Virus record (IMG/VR): IMGVR_UViG_3300028048_003227
Location: 32,001 to 96,000 of that record
DNA length: 64,000 bases
From: a virus
Lineage: Duplodnaviria > Caudoviricetes
Reading direction: 5' to 3' (one strand)
A model generated the notes under the pieces. That model was not told where the DNA came from. It ran no database searches and saw only the letters and a list, made by a program, of their open reading frames with translations. The stretch's first letter is position 1; every line of letters begins with the position of its first letter. Below, in pieces: positions 38,797-49,135 of the stretch. The position numbers and the translations under genes are program-made.

Positions 38797-39176
38797 AGTT
38801 CTTTGAAGGTATAAGATAAATGCAGACAGACCTACTCCCACTATTGTAGGAGACTACCATGACAATAAATGGTTTAAACAGCACCCGGATCGTAAGTCGG
38901 GACCATGAGGAATGAGAGTTATATGAAAGTATAACCTATCTACAAACCAGTGAAACCTGAACGGAATCACTGAAGATATTGTAGTTTGTAATAATGGAAG
39001 TCTGATGAGAAAACAAGCTTATACTGATGTAGAGGCTTGCAAAGAGCAAAATCGGCAAATCGCGTAATGCCTTCGGTATAAACCCGACGTTGGTTGGTGT
39101 GTTGCAACGATAGTCAGAACACAATCGCTTATGTGGTTCCTGGAGTGGCTTATTGAGCGTAATCAATTAAAGAACT
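38797..39176 (+). ncRNA. Large unassigned structured RNA (~380 nt)
   Basis: Terminal pairing AGTTCTTTGA/TTAAAGAACT and at least eight internal hairpins including a GAAA tetraloop; no credible ORF. Confidence 0.6.
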
Positions 39177-39185
39177 CCATACAAT

Positions 39186-39258
39186 GCCGGTGTAGCTCAA
39201 TTGACAGAGCGGCTGATTTGTAATCAGCAGGTTATTGGTTTGATTCCGATCATCGGCT
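39186..39258 (+). tRNA. tRNA-Thr(TGT)
   Basis: GCTGA-TTTGTAA-TCAGC. Confidence 0.88.
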
Positions 39259-39263
39259 CATTC

Positions 39264-39293
39264 AAAGACCACCTCGCAAGAGATGGTCTTTTT
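39264..39293 (+). terminator. Terminator closing the tRNA island
   Basis: AAAGACCACCTC-GCAA-GAGATGGTCTTT plus T-run. Confidence 0.8.
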
Positions 39294-39326
39294 GTTTATT
39301 ATTTGATTAAATAAAAACAAATAACA

Positions 39327-40130
39327 ATGGCAAAAGGTGATATATTAAACAAACTAAAAATATCTGGTTACGTCACATCAACAGATCCTTCCGATTGGAT
39401 AGAAGATGAGCTTGACATCCAAGAAGGTAGTGGATCATCAGAGTTCCCTGTATTGAATTATGATATTAAAATGGTTATGAATGCTGACAGAGTCCCTATT
39501 CTTTCGGAATCACATCTCACTGGATCCGCGACAGTTAATCATGAAGGAACTCCTGTTACAGTTAGTTTTGAAGACTTAGTAGATGAATTACAAAGAGTTA
39601 AAGCCGACTGGGATGCAAACGGTTGGCCTGAACCTATAGGTGACACATTAGTGCATAATGAACACGAAATCAGTTATGATGTAGTTGTTTATGACATACC
39701 TGAAGGTTCCACTCTTTTAAATCAATTATCAAGTTTATACAATGTGACAGTTAGTGATTCAGACACTAATAGAGAAATCCATGTTACTCAACCTCTGGTT
39801 CGTTTTAATTTTGAGGGGGATCGCCATCATGGAGTCAATGAGAAAGATAGTGCATACTTCACATTTAACGAATGTACGATTGACAAGAAAGGAAATACCC
39901 CGGATGGATACGCATCAGGTCGAGTTCCTTTATTCCCATATTGTCAGAACCCCGGAGACACTGAGTTAGAGTATGGGTATATAATAATTGATAAAATTTC
40001 GGATCTTATTGATCAACATCTCGACGAAAATGATGATTTATATTTATTGGTATACAATAATGAGCATGGTGAGAATATAACCCATCCAAGGTCTATAAAG
40101 ATAGCGCATCCAACTCAACCACTTGGTTAA
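39327..40130 (+). CDS. Hypothetical acidic protein
   Basis: 267-aa ORF preceded by TTATTATTT. Confidence 0.6.
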   Translation: MAKGDILNKLKISGYVTSTDPSDWIEDELDIQEGSGSSEFPVLNYDIKMVMNADRVPILSESHLTGSATVNHEGTPVTVSFEDLVDELQRVKADWDANGWPEPIGDTLVHNEHEISYDVVVYDIPEGSTLLNQLSSLYNVTVSDSDTNREIHVTQPLVRFNFEGDRHHGVNEKDSAYFTFNECTIDKKGNTPDGYASGRVPLFPYCQNPGDTELEYGYIIIDKISDLIDQHLDENDDLYLLVYNNEHGENITHPRSIKIAHPTQPLG

Positions 40131-40183
40131 AAATCAAGACCCTCTAAAGTAAATAAGAGGGTCTTTTTTTGTATATATAACAT

Positions 40184-40915
40184 ATGAAAGCACTTAAATT
40201 ATCAGCGATAAGCGACCTACACGGAAACCTACCGTCTCCCGATGTTTTTGCCGAAGGAGATGTTCTTTGTATCTGTGGGGACATTGTGCCTCTCGATCTC
40301 CAACAAGATTTTGTAAAATCCATCGCGTGGTTCTGTATGAAGTTTATTCCCTGGACTGACAAACTACCATTCAAGAAGGTCATTCTTGTTTTTGGTAATC
40401 ATGATTTCTTCTCTGAAGAGCTCGGTCCCCGACATTTTAATTCAGCTGACACAGTAACCAGGATGCTCATGCCCGGTAGTATTAGAGGTGAACATAAGAT
40501 AGTTATTCTTATGGATAATTCTTACAAGTACGAGCATTTCACCTTCTATGGAACATCCTGGTGTCCCGATCTCTCCAATTGGGCTTGGTATGGCGATCAT
40601 GATAAACTCGTAAGTGAATACGGGAAGATTCCTACTGGAGTCGATGTCCTTCTCACTCACTGTCCACCGAGATTTGGTTATGCAGGCACTGTCATGCAAC
40701 AAGGGTGGAACTGGATGAATAATTACGGATGTCAGGAACTTGCAGAAGAGATAGATGTCAAAAGACCAAAATGGGTATTTTGTGGTCACGTTCATAGTGG
40801 GGACCATAAGGTGACAACTATTGATGACAGTATCAATATAGTCAATGTGAGTATGTTGGATGAGAATTATAAAATGAATTATCCTCCGTTTTCAGTGAAA
40901 ATTGAAAAACAATAA
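40184..40915 (+). CDS. Metallophosphoesterase
   Basis: 'ISDLHG', 'CGD', 'GNHD', 'LTHCPP', 'CGHVH'. Confidence 0.9.
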   Translation: MKALKLSAISDLHGNLPSPDVFAEGDVLCICGDIVPLDLQQDFVKSIAWFCMKFIPWTDKLPFKKVILVFGNHDFFSEELGPRHFNSADTVTRMLMPGSIRGEHKIVILMDNSYKYEHFTFYGTSWCPDLSNWAWYGDHDKLVSEYGKIPTGVDVLLTHCPPRFGYAGTVMQQGWNWMNNYGCQELAEEIDVKRPKWVFCGHVHSGDHKVTTIDDSINIVNVSMLDENYKMNYPPFSVKIEKQ

Positions 40916-41299
40916 AAACAGAAAAAACTAATTTAGTCATGAAAATAGCAACATTAATATTAGTAATTATCTCGCTTATTGCATTGGTTATAGTGGCTAT
41001 CAAACCTTTATATTGTTTTGTCTTTGAACATAAAGATTGGAAGAAGTGGAAAGAAATACTTAAATTGTTACCATCTTCCTCCCTTGTAAATCATGATATG
41101 TTTGAAGTCGAACACTCTTATCTTAATTGTTATGTTTTTCATATACCTATTGTTGATTCATTTGGGTGTCCAGTGAATGTATATTATTGGGAAAATCTAA
41201 ATGCAGTATCAGTTCATTTAGAAGATGGAGAATGCTACCTGTCAATATTTGATACATATCATGGAAAGAAGGCATTGAAAATAATAAAACATAAATTGA

Positions 41300-41680
41300 A
41301 TGAGTATGAAGACAAAATACATTGATGCAGAAAAACTTTACAAAAAAGTAGAAGAACTAATGGTAAAGTTCGCTGAATTGGAAACGGAGGTCGAAACTGA
41401 TGATATGTCCCTAACCTTACCCACTTATTATCAAGGCAAAAGAAAGATGTGTTCAGAAATCCTTACTCTTATCGACTCTCTCCAGCAGGAGCAGCCAATT
41501 CAATTAAACACTCTTACTTGGAAAGATATAAATGACATTGAAAGAATCATTAACAATGTTCATTATGAATTTCGAAATGGTATAGGAGAAAAATCTTTTG
41601 GAGAGGAAGTTCTTGAAAGATTTAGAGAAGAAAGAGATGAGCAGGAACAGCCAGAGGTGGATTTGGATAAAGAAGAATAA
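41300..41680 (+). CDS. Mosaic family C protein (YIDAEKL / IDSLQQEQP / EVDL)
   Basis: Modules shared with 42834 and 43891. Confidence 0.65.
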   Translation: MSMKTKYIDAEKLYKKVEELMVKFAELETEVETDDMSLTLPTYYQGKRKMCSEILTLIDSLQQEQPIQLNTLTWKDINDIERIINNVHYEFRNGIGEKSFGEEVLERFREERDEQEQPEVDLDKEE

Positions 41681-41767
41681 TATGAAAGCACCCAAAGAAA
41701 TGCATCCGAATTGTTAAATTCGTTAAATATATGGTTCATATTTGTTAATTAATATCATATAAGAAAT

Positions 41768-42151
41768 ATGAATATGATGACAGAAGATTACGTTAGTTTT
41801 GAGACTGCTAAACTCCTTAAAGAAAAGGGGTTTGATGAAAATTGTTCTCGTTCCTATGTCAAAGATAAGTTGACACATAGTCAAGGACGTAACAATTCAT
41901 ACTATACGATAATGTATGAAACATATAGACCAATATCAGCACCAACTCTTCAAATGGCAATGAAATGGCTACGGGAAGTACATAATATGCACATTGAAGT
42001 TAAATACTTTTTTGAGCCACACATCTATAAGTACACTATTACTTATACCCCAGTTGCACTTGATAATATTAGTTCACATCCGCAATGTTTCAATACCTAT
42101 GAAGAAGCCTGTGATGCAGCCATTAAATATTGTTTAGAAAATTTGATTTAG
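41768..42151 (+). CDS. Paralogue family A, copy 2
   Basis: Three conserved blocks. Confidence 0.7.
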   Translation: MNMMTEDYVSFETAKLLKEKGFDENCSRSYVKDKLTHSQGRNNSYYTIMYETYRPISAPTLQMAMKWLREVHNMHIEVKYFFEPHIYKYTITYTPVALDNISSHPQCFNTYEEACDAAIKYCLENLI

Positions 42152-42372
42152 AATATGGTTAATAAGTTATCTCAAAGACACTCTTATGAGAATATTGAGG
42201 ATTATTACAAGTATGTAATAAAATGTATTACTTGCGGAACAATTCTTAATTTCGGGAAAGATGATGTTCATAAAGATGAGGACAGCTGCTGTATTCATTA
42301 TGAATATATTGTTTGTCCTGAATGTAATGAACATCTTAGGTTGAACGATGATGATTATTTTGGATATTAGAT

Positions 42373-42762
42373 ATGATTACTGAGGATTTTGTTTCATTTG
42401 AGACCGCTAAACTCCTGAAAGAAAAGGGATTTGATGTTTGGGGTGATGGTTCATTTGGTGTTGCCACAAAAATTTGGAAAGAGTATAGTCCAAGTGGCAT
42501 ACTTAATGATTGTTCAATGTGCTCACCAAGTAGAAAAGCATTTCCTGCTCCAACACTCCAAATGACAATGAAGTGGCTACGGGAAGTACATAATCTTGAA
42601 ATATATCCCTATCATAACTACGATAATTCAAAATGGTGGGTTGAAATAATTAAATATCCTAATTCAGTATCAGAATATGAATCCGGAAAGGATGAGGAAT
42701 TTGATACCTACGAAGAAGCTTGTGAAGCGGCTATTAAATACTGTCTTGAAAATTTGATTTAG
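42373..42762 (+). CDS. Paralogue family A, copy 3
   Basis: Three conserved blocks. Confidence 0.7.
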   Translation: MITEDFVSFETAKLLKEKGFDVWGDGSFGVATKIWKEYSPSGILNDCSMCSPSRKAFPAPTLQMTMKWLREVHNLEIYPYHNYDNSKWWVEIIKYPNSVSEYESGKDEEFDTYEEACEAAIKYCLENLI

Positions 42763-42833
42763 GTGGCGACTATAAATACTAAATAATTTGAATCATTTTA
42801 GTATTTAAAATCAATCCCAAATAGTTTAATAAT

Positions 42834-43118
42834 ATGAAAAATATTGACGCAGATAAACTGAAAGCCGAGATAAAGCGATTAGAAGAAATGGACTATCCTT
42901 GCGATACATTAGAACAAAGCACAGGATTTTACGATGCTTTAGACCGTATCAAATCTTTCATCGACTCTCTCCAGCAGGAGCAGCCTTCCCTTAATGATGC
43001 GGCATTTGACTATGCGGAATTATGCAAATATGAGGGAGCAGATAAGTTACTATGCGCAGAACATTTCAAGGCCGGTGCCGAGTGGATGGCGGGGCAGGGA
43101 ACACGAAAAGAGGAATAG
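42834..43118 (+). CDS. Mosaic family C protein (IDADKL / IDSLQQEQP / FKAGAEWM)
   Basis: Shared modules. Confidence 0.65.
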   Translation: MKNIDADKLKAEIKRLEEMDYPCDTLEQSTGFYDALDRIKSFIDSLQQEQPSLNDAAFDYAELCKYEGADKLLCAEHFKAGAEWMAGQGTRKEE

Positions 43119-43501
43119 AAACGGCCTTATTAGTGCTTGGAGATAAAAGTATACTTAATGAATAATAAAAATAATAAAAATAATAAAAATGAAAAATTTG
43201 TATAAAGCAGGAGATTTTCTTTATAAACTTGGTGATAAAGGTATTAAGAAAGAATCACAAAGAGTTTTTATTTACACTGGACAGTTGAATGCAGATGGAT
43301 ATGGTGTCCTCCTCGGTTTTGATTCTGATGGTAAACTCAGGAAATCGACAGGCTACGGGAACTACCAATATGGAAATGATGTTAGGCTTGCAACAGAAGA
43401 AGAAATCAAGTCGTTCATGAATGAGGTATTCAATTACCCCGATGTCATTAGGGAATATGGGTGTTAGTGGAATTACAAAAAATCATTAAAAATGTACAGT
43501 T

Positions 43502-43756
43502 ATGGCAAATTCAGATATGTGCTTGAAAGTAGCACGAAAGGTTTACCCAAACAATGAAAATTTGCGAGTAGCATATATGCTCGGATTTAATGATGGCTTC
43601 GACAAAGCCAAGGAGCAGCAGGAAGCGGATTTGGAGAAGGAGATTTTAGATTGGATTGGTGACGAAGGTTCTTGTAAAAATGGCAAATGGACTTGGTACG
43701 AGTGCAATAAAATGATTCGTCACTTCTACAAACTTGGACTTAACGCAAGAAAGTAA
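43502..43756 (+). CDS. Mosaic family C protein (DLEKE / HFYKLGLNARK)
   Basis: Shared modules. Confidence 0.6.
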   Translation: MANSDMCLKVARKVYPNNENLRVAYMLGFNDGFDKAKEQQEADLEKEILDWIGDEGSCKNGKWTWYECNKMIRHFYKLGLNARK

Positions 43757-43890
43757 TGAGTTTCGCCGAACTGATTTTAGCCTTAATAGCAATAGTGATA
43801 CTTCTTGAAATTTCATATAACATTAAGGCACTAAACAATAATCTAATAGAACTTATAAAATGGCTTAACGCAAGAAAGGAGGAATAAATT

Positions 43891-44193
43891 ATGAGCAACT
43901 ACATTGACGCAGAGAAATTGAAAGACGAGATAACGAAACGTATAGGAAAATACGATAGTATGCTTCATGAATGCAGTATTCCAGTAGTGCAAGGTAAACG
44001 AGAGGAGGCATTCGCACTTCTCGCATTCATTGATTCTCTCCAACAGGAGCGGTCCTCCGAGGTGGATTTGAACGAAGAAGTAGAAAGATTTGCAAAAGAG
44101 TGCGGTTATAAGTCGGCTGCAACCATAGATTTTCAATTTGCTCACCACTTCTACGAACTTGGACTAAAAGCAAGAAAGGAGGAATCAAAATGA
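43891..44193 (+). CDS. Mosaic family C protein (YIDAEKL / IDSLQQE / EVDL / HFYELGL)
   Basis: Shared modules. Confidence 0.65.
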   Translation: MSNYIDAEKLKDEITKRIGKYDSMLHECSIPVVQGKREEAFALLAFIDSLQQERSSEVDLNEEVERFAKECGYKSAATIDFQFAHHFYELGLKARKEESK

Positions 44194-44436
44194 AAGTACC
44201 AGATAAGATTTACCTACGAGAGTTCAAAGGAGCAGGATTAAGTCAAGTATGGAGTGGTATAAAGCCAACGGAAGAGACTATCATTGCTTCACACGAATAT
44301 ATCCATAAGGACACTCTAATGGAAAAACTTGAAAAAGTAGCCGCATTATACAAGAAACGCAGTGATGAAGGAGAACTTGTATGGCAGAATATGTGCGGCA
44401 TCAAGGAAGCTATTGACCTACTAAACTCAATGTAAT

Positions 44437-44829
44437 ATGACAAGAGAAGAAGCAAGACTGACACTACAGGAGAATTTTGGCTATTTGTCAGAAGAACATC
44501 CGCGTATTATCGAAGCAATGAAAGTTGCTATGAACATCCTTTCCCAACCTTCCCTCCCCCCTAATATGGACGAAGCTGCGAAGGAATACTTGAAACAATA
44601 TAATGAAAGTGAGTTTGGAAATGGTGGTGATGATTGGGACGATGATATTCTTATCACTTTCAAAGCCGGTGCAGAATGGATGGCAGAGCAGGGAGAAACA
44701 CAAGAGCATTTTGTTATTGGACATACAGAGGCAAGTCATGGGATTCCAGTAATAGTGACATTTCCTGACCCTAAAACTTTTGAGATTGGTGATAATGTAA
44801 TTGTTCAAATCAGAAAAAAGGAGAAATAA
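44437..44829 (+). CDS. Mosaic family C protein (PSLP..DEAA / FKAGAEWM / VIVQIRKK)
   Basis: C-terminal module shared with 30593. Confidence 0.65.
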   Translation: MTREEARLTLQENFGYLSEEHPRIIEAMKVAMNILSQPSLPPNMDEAAKEYLKQYNESEFGNGGDDWDDDILITFKAGAEWMAEQGETQEHFVIGHTEASHGIPVIVTFPDPKTFEIGDNVIVQIRKKEK

Positions 44830-44831
44830 AT

Positions 44832-45302
44832 ATGAGACCTGAAGAACTAATGATTGGGGACTATGTGCGAGTCAATCGCGACGGGCTCTGCATAAAGAAA
44901 GACACCACCGTAGAGATTAGAGAGATAGATGCCAACAATAGGTTTGCGAACCATATAGGATGTGCTTCTTGCCGACCATTAGATGATATGCAGTATGAGA
45001 ACGGTATCTGGTGTGACTATCTTAGTCCTATTCTGCTTATAACTAAAATCTTGGAGAAGAACGGTTTTGTTTATACAGATCCGGAAACAACTACTATGTC
45101 AGAAGATAAGGTATGGCAGTTAAAAGACGATTACAATCAAGTTCTTATAGAAATAGAAGAACAGACGGACGAAAACTTGCTTGATTATTACATAGGATAT
45201 TTCTCCTGTGGAGCAAATTCTTCTGAAATATATTTTAGGTATGTCCACCAACTCCAACATGCTCTAAAGTTATGTGGAATTGCACACGAAATAACACTTT
45301 GA
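44832..45302 (+). CDS. Hypothetical phage protein
   Basis: 'ELMIGD...ILEKNGF...YVHQLQHAL' motifs. Confidence 0.6.
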   Translation: MRPEELMIGDYVRVNRDGLCIKKDTTVEIREIDANNRFANHIGCASCRPLDDMQYENGIWCDYLSPILLITKILEKNGFVYTDPETTTMSEDKVWQLKDDYNQVLIEIEEQTDENLLDYYIGYFSCGANSSEIYFRYVHQLQHALKLCGIAHEITL

Positions 45303-45444
45303 GATATGACGCAAGAATATAAACCACTCTTACTTAAAGGATGTAAAGATTGCTGGCATAACTATCATTGTCCAATGCCACAAGAAGGATACAATTATAA
45401 TCCCGATACTTGTCCTTATAATCCTGACAATAAAAGAGAAAATT

Positions 45445-45834
45445 ATGGTACAAGAAGATAAACAACTGCTGCTCATAGATCTTTGCGCAAGGTTGCCTTA
45501 TAATGTTGTTATTCGTTGTACGGATAATGATACGAACTATAAGTGCTTTTTAACGACAGACATTCTCCACGAGATTCAAAACGGCTATGAGTATTATGAC
45601 TACAAACCTTATCTCCGTCCAATGTCAAGTATGACTGAAAAGGAATGCATTATTCTATCGCAATTAAAAATTTGTTATACAGATGCATGGAAGCACATTA
45701 AAACTCCCGTTCCACTATATATAGCGGATATTAAGCAGTTTGATTTTTTCCTTCGTCATCATTTAGATTGGAGAGGTCTTATTCCTATGGGACTTGCTCT
45801 TGAAGCACCAAAGAATATGTATAAAACTAAATAA
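45445..45834 (+). CDS. Paralogue family B, copy 2
   Basis: Three conserved blocks. Confidence 0.7.
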   Translation: MVQEDKQLLLIDLCARLPYNVVIRCTDNDTNYKCFLTTDILHEIQNGYEYYDYKPYLRPMSSMTEKECIILSQLKICYTDAWKHIKTPVPLYIADIKQFDFFLRHHLDWRGLIPMGLALEAPKNMYKTK

Positions 45835-45836
45835 AT

Positions 45837-46532
45837 GTGGAACTAAAGATACAATCTCTTAACGTCCGTCTTTGGATAAAAGAGAATAACCCATTCAAAC
45901 CACATTTCTGGTTATGGAGGACCTTCAAGCAAGCAATAATGTTTTTAGTAGAGAGTCCCGACGTGATTTGTCTACAGGAAGTGCAAAGGCCCGTGGGTGG
46001 ATTTCTTCTTGGGTTATGGAGATATAAAGGGTTCGGTACGGATACAAGAATACCCATATTTATTAAGAAGAAAACGCTGCGTAAAAAATTTGTTGTTTTT
46101 GACACAGATATCCAGGGTGGAACGAATAAGACCAATGGGCACGGTTCAAACATCTTACATTGTAGGGCAATATCTCCTCAATCGTATATATTTAATATTC
46201 AAAATTGTCATCTCTCCTGGGCAACTGAAAAGATAAAAAAAGAAATGAGATGTGGGTTTGTGTATAATACCATATTCTGTGGTGATATGAATGTGAGAAA
46301 AGATGGTTTTATAAACAACCTAAAGAAATACTCACACCTGGAAGATGGGGAGTTTACTGTCTATCCCAAAACACCAACTGGCCCTACATATATTAATTAT
46401 GATAATCCAGATAATAAAGAAGACATAGATCAATTTGGATTTGTAGGAAAGACCGCTCCGGAGGCAGTAGTTACAGTTCTCCCTAATAAGTTAAGTGATC
46501 ATTTTCCAGTGATCGCAAAATTTGAAATCTAA
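45837..46532 (+). CDS. Endonuclease/exonuclease/phosphatase (EEP) family protein
   Basis: 'SLNV', 'PDVICLQEV', 'CGDMN', 'SDHFPV'. Confidence 0.88.
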   Translation: MELKIQSLNVRLWIKENNPFKPHFWLWRTFKQAIMFLVESPDVICLQEVQRPVGGFLLGLWRYKGFGTDTRIPIFIKKKTLRKKFVVFDTDIQGGTNKTNGHGSNILHCRAISPQSYIFNIQNCHLSWATEKIKKEMRCGFVYNTIFCGDMNVRKDGFINNLKKYSHLEDGEFTVYPKTPTGPTYINYDNPDNKEDIDQFGFVGKTAPEAVVTVLPNKLSDHFPVIAKFEI

Positions 46533-46549
46533 TTTTTATATATTAATTT

Positions 46550-47623
46550 ATGAGTGCTATAAAAAATATCCAGGAACCTCTGCTCGAGTTGAGTGAGGTG
46601 GCTATTATCCCTTCAAAAACGACTAAGATTCATTCTCGCACACGTGAGTGTAACGCTAGGATGGATAATGGTAAACTCCCTATTTTTGTTTCTCCTATGG
46701 ATTCAATCATCAATGAGGAGAACTTTGATTTGTTTAATAAGGATGTAACCGCTATCTACCCCAGGACAATAAAGTTTCAACACCGCATCAACCTTATGCA
46801 GAAGTATGATGATAAGTGGGTTGCTTTTGGGTTGAATGAGGTCTGCATCCTATGCGATATGATTGACTCTGGACTTTTGAATATAACCGGTCGCGTCCAT
46901 ATCTGTATTGATCAGGCCAACGGACATATGAGTGATCTTCTTGAATGGGGTCCGAAGTTACGTGAGAGGCTTGCCACGGAGGACTCAGAGATTATGGTGG
47001 GAAACATCGCTAACCCACGTACATATAATACTATCGCATATAACAACTTTGCTGACTGGGTACGGATTGGTATTGGTGGAGGTAGCCCTTGTACGACTTC
47101 TGTACAGACAGGAGTACATTATCCTATGGCGTCTCTCATCAGTGAATGCCATTATTATAAGTCGGCATTTGAGTTCGGCGGGAAGAGGGTATTGAAGATT
47201 ATTGCTGACGGAGGAATTGGTGATAGTGGAGATATCTGTAAGGCACTGGCACTTGGTGCAGACGCTGTTATGTGTGGAAAGTTGTTTGTTGCAGTAGAGG
47301 AAAGTGCAAGTCCTTATCTGTGGATAATGAATCAGAATGGGGAATCTGTTCAAACCCGTGAAAAGGAATATTGGGGTATGTCTACGAAGAAAGCACAGAT
47401 AAACATGGGTGAGGATGGCGTTAAGAATAGCGAAGGTATACTTTTCACTGTTCCTGTTGAGTGTACTCTTGATGAGAGGATTCGACAGTTTGAAGCAAGC
47501 ATCAAAAGTAGTATGTCTTATTGTAATGCTTACAATCTGAATGAGTTTAGGATTAATGCTATACTATCTCGTATCACACCGGCGGCTTTTGCGGCATATC
47601 AGAAATCAATTCAGAATGTGTAA
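46550..47623 (+). CDS. IMP dehydrogenase / GMP reductase family protein
   Basis: 'SPMD', 'RIGIGGGSPCTT', 'IIADGGI', 'KALALGADAVMCG', 'YWGMST'. Confidence 0.9.
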   Translation: MSAIKNIQEPLLELSEVAIIPSKTTKIHSRTRECNARMDNGKLPIFVSPMDSIINEENFDLFNKDVTAIYPRTIKFQHRINLMQKYDDKWVAFGLNEVCILCDMIDSGLLNITGRVHICIDQANGHMSDLLEWGPKLRERLATEDSEIMVGNIANPRTYNTIAYNNFADWVRIGIGGGSPCTTSVQTGVHYPMASLISECHYYKSAFEFGGKRVLKIIADGGIGDSGDICKALALGADAVMCGKLFVAVEESASPYLWIMNQNGESVQTREKEYWGMSTKKAQINMGEDGVKNSEGILFTVPVECTLDERIRQFEASIKSSMSYCNAYNLNEFRINAILSRITPAAFAAYQKSIQNV

Positions 47624-47867
47624 TTATGAAGGTAATTGAAGAACATAGAAAGGACTTGGAACCCAAGAAATCTAAAAAATATATCTACAAGTGTTACCAC
47701 TGTGGTAGTGTGCTGGAGGTAGATAGTGAAGATATACATTATAAGGAAGAGTGGGGTGATATAGAAGAATATTTCACTTGTCCTGTGTGTGGTCGTCGCC
47801 GTTTGGTGTTTACAATTAAGCTACATCATTTAAAATCATTAAGAAAGTTATTTAACAAGAAATATAG

Positions 47868-48377
47868 GTGAAATACTTATTTCTCGACATAGACGGGGTC
47901 CTCAATCACGAAGAGTGGTATGAGAAGAGGATAAAGGATTATAAAGACACTTTTACTTGTTGGGAGCAGGAGTGTTTTGATCCTGATTGTGTAGAGAGGG
48001 TAAATAGGATTCTTAAAGAGACTGGTGCAAGACTTGTTGTGAGTAGTAGCTGGAGGTTAGATTTAAAATTAGCAAGAATATTCTCTCTTGTCGGTCTCCC
48101 GACCGATTTTGATGTTACTCCCACGGGAAACATCTACACAGGCGATTGTTATGATACCAGGGGAGAAGAAATAGAAGCTTTTCTCGAAGATAATCCTTGT
48201 GATCAGTATGTTATCCTTGATGATGATAGAGATTTCAGTGAAGAACAATTAAATGAGCATTTTGTTCACTGCTGTACGGATTACCTACAGGCTCTTCAAG
48301 AAGGAAATGAAGGACAAACAGGATTAACTGAATTAAAGATGAGGAAAGCAATCAATATATTAAATAAAATACAATAA
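47868..48377 (+). CDS. HAD phosphatase (HAD_SAK, RNA-repair-associated type)
   Basis: 'FLDIDGVLN', 'VVSSSWR', 'RGEEI', 'YVILDD'. Confidence 0.85.
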   Translation: MKYLFLDIDGVLNHEEWYEKRIKDYKDTFTCWEQECFDPDCVERVNRILKETGARLVVSSSWRLDLKLARIFSLVGLPTDFDVTPTGNIYTGDCYDTRGEEIEAFLEDNPCDQYVILDDDRDFSEEQLNEHFVHCCTDYLQALQEGNEGQTGLTELKMRKAINILNKIQ

Positions 48378-48715
48378 GAGGTATGTGCTTTATTGAAATT
48401 AATGTTCTTAAAAGTAGATACGGTGGTCCAATAAACGATAACGATGATTTGGAATGGGCGTTATCTAATAATTGCACAGAACAGGTTATCATCAATACAA
48501 ATTATATTGCGTTTATCACCCATCCAGAAATGTGTTCAGATTTTTATCATCCAGAGAAAAAATATGGTAAATATTTTTATGTATATATGAATGACGGACG
48601 TGAGAGTAGGTTCACATGTAAAGAGAGTGAGTACAAAGATCTTTATAATTATTTATCTTTATATGCGTAAAGTTAGAGGGATTAATCAATATTTTTTATA
48701 AAACAATATAATATT

Positions 48716-49135
48716 ATGACAGAAGAAAAAGATAAGATAGCAAAGCTCGAAGAGCGCCTTGAGAAGGCGGCAGCAACCTTTAAGGAGATGAAAGCCAAGC
48801 TTGAATCAACCGAAAAGGTAAATGAAGGACTCGCTAACCGAGTGGCTGAACTCGAAGACGAACTCACACTTAATGGTGGAGCAGTTCAGGAAGTTGAAGG
48901 ACTTAAGGGGAGACTTGAGAAGGCAAAGGAAATCTTTACTACCCAGAAAGCAAAGATTGCCGAACTGACGGAAGCAATAAATGAAAAGGACAAGACTATT
49001 GAAGAGGTACGGTCGGATCTCGATGCAGCTGCAAAGACATGTTCCGAATTATCCGAACAAATAAATGTTCTTAATGCAGAAAACGCAACCCTTAAATCCA
49101 CTCTTGATAGAATTAGGGAGATTGTGGGTGAATAA
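48716..49135 (+). CDS. Coiled-coil protein with internal repeat (RLEKA...F..K)
   Basis: Heptad pattern. Confidence 0.6.
   Translation: MTEEKDKIAKLEERLEKAAATFKEMKAKLESTEKVNEGLANRVAELEDELTLNGGAVQEVEGLKGRLEKAKEIFTTQKAKIAELTEAINEKDKTIEEVRSDLDAAAKTCSELSEQINVLNAENATLKSTLDRIREIVGE

Noticed and set aside
38995-39060. Hammerhead ribozyme at CTGATGAG
   Set aside because: No stem II followed by GAAA, and no convincing stems I and III
38797-39176. RNase P RNA or tmRNA identity for the large RNA
   Set aside because: Lacks GAGGAAAGTCC with a matching P4 partner, and lacks tRNA-Ala-like termini
43161-43190. (AATAATAAA)x3 intergenic repeat
   Set aside because: Low-complexity slippage in AT-rich DNA
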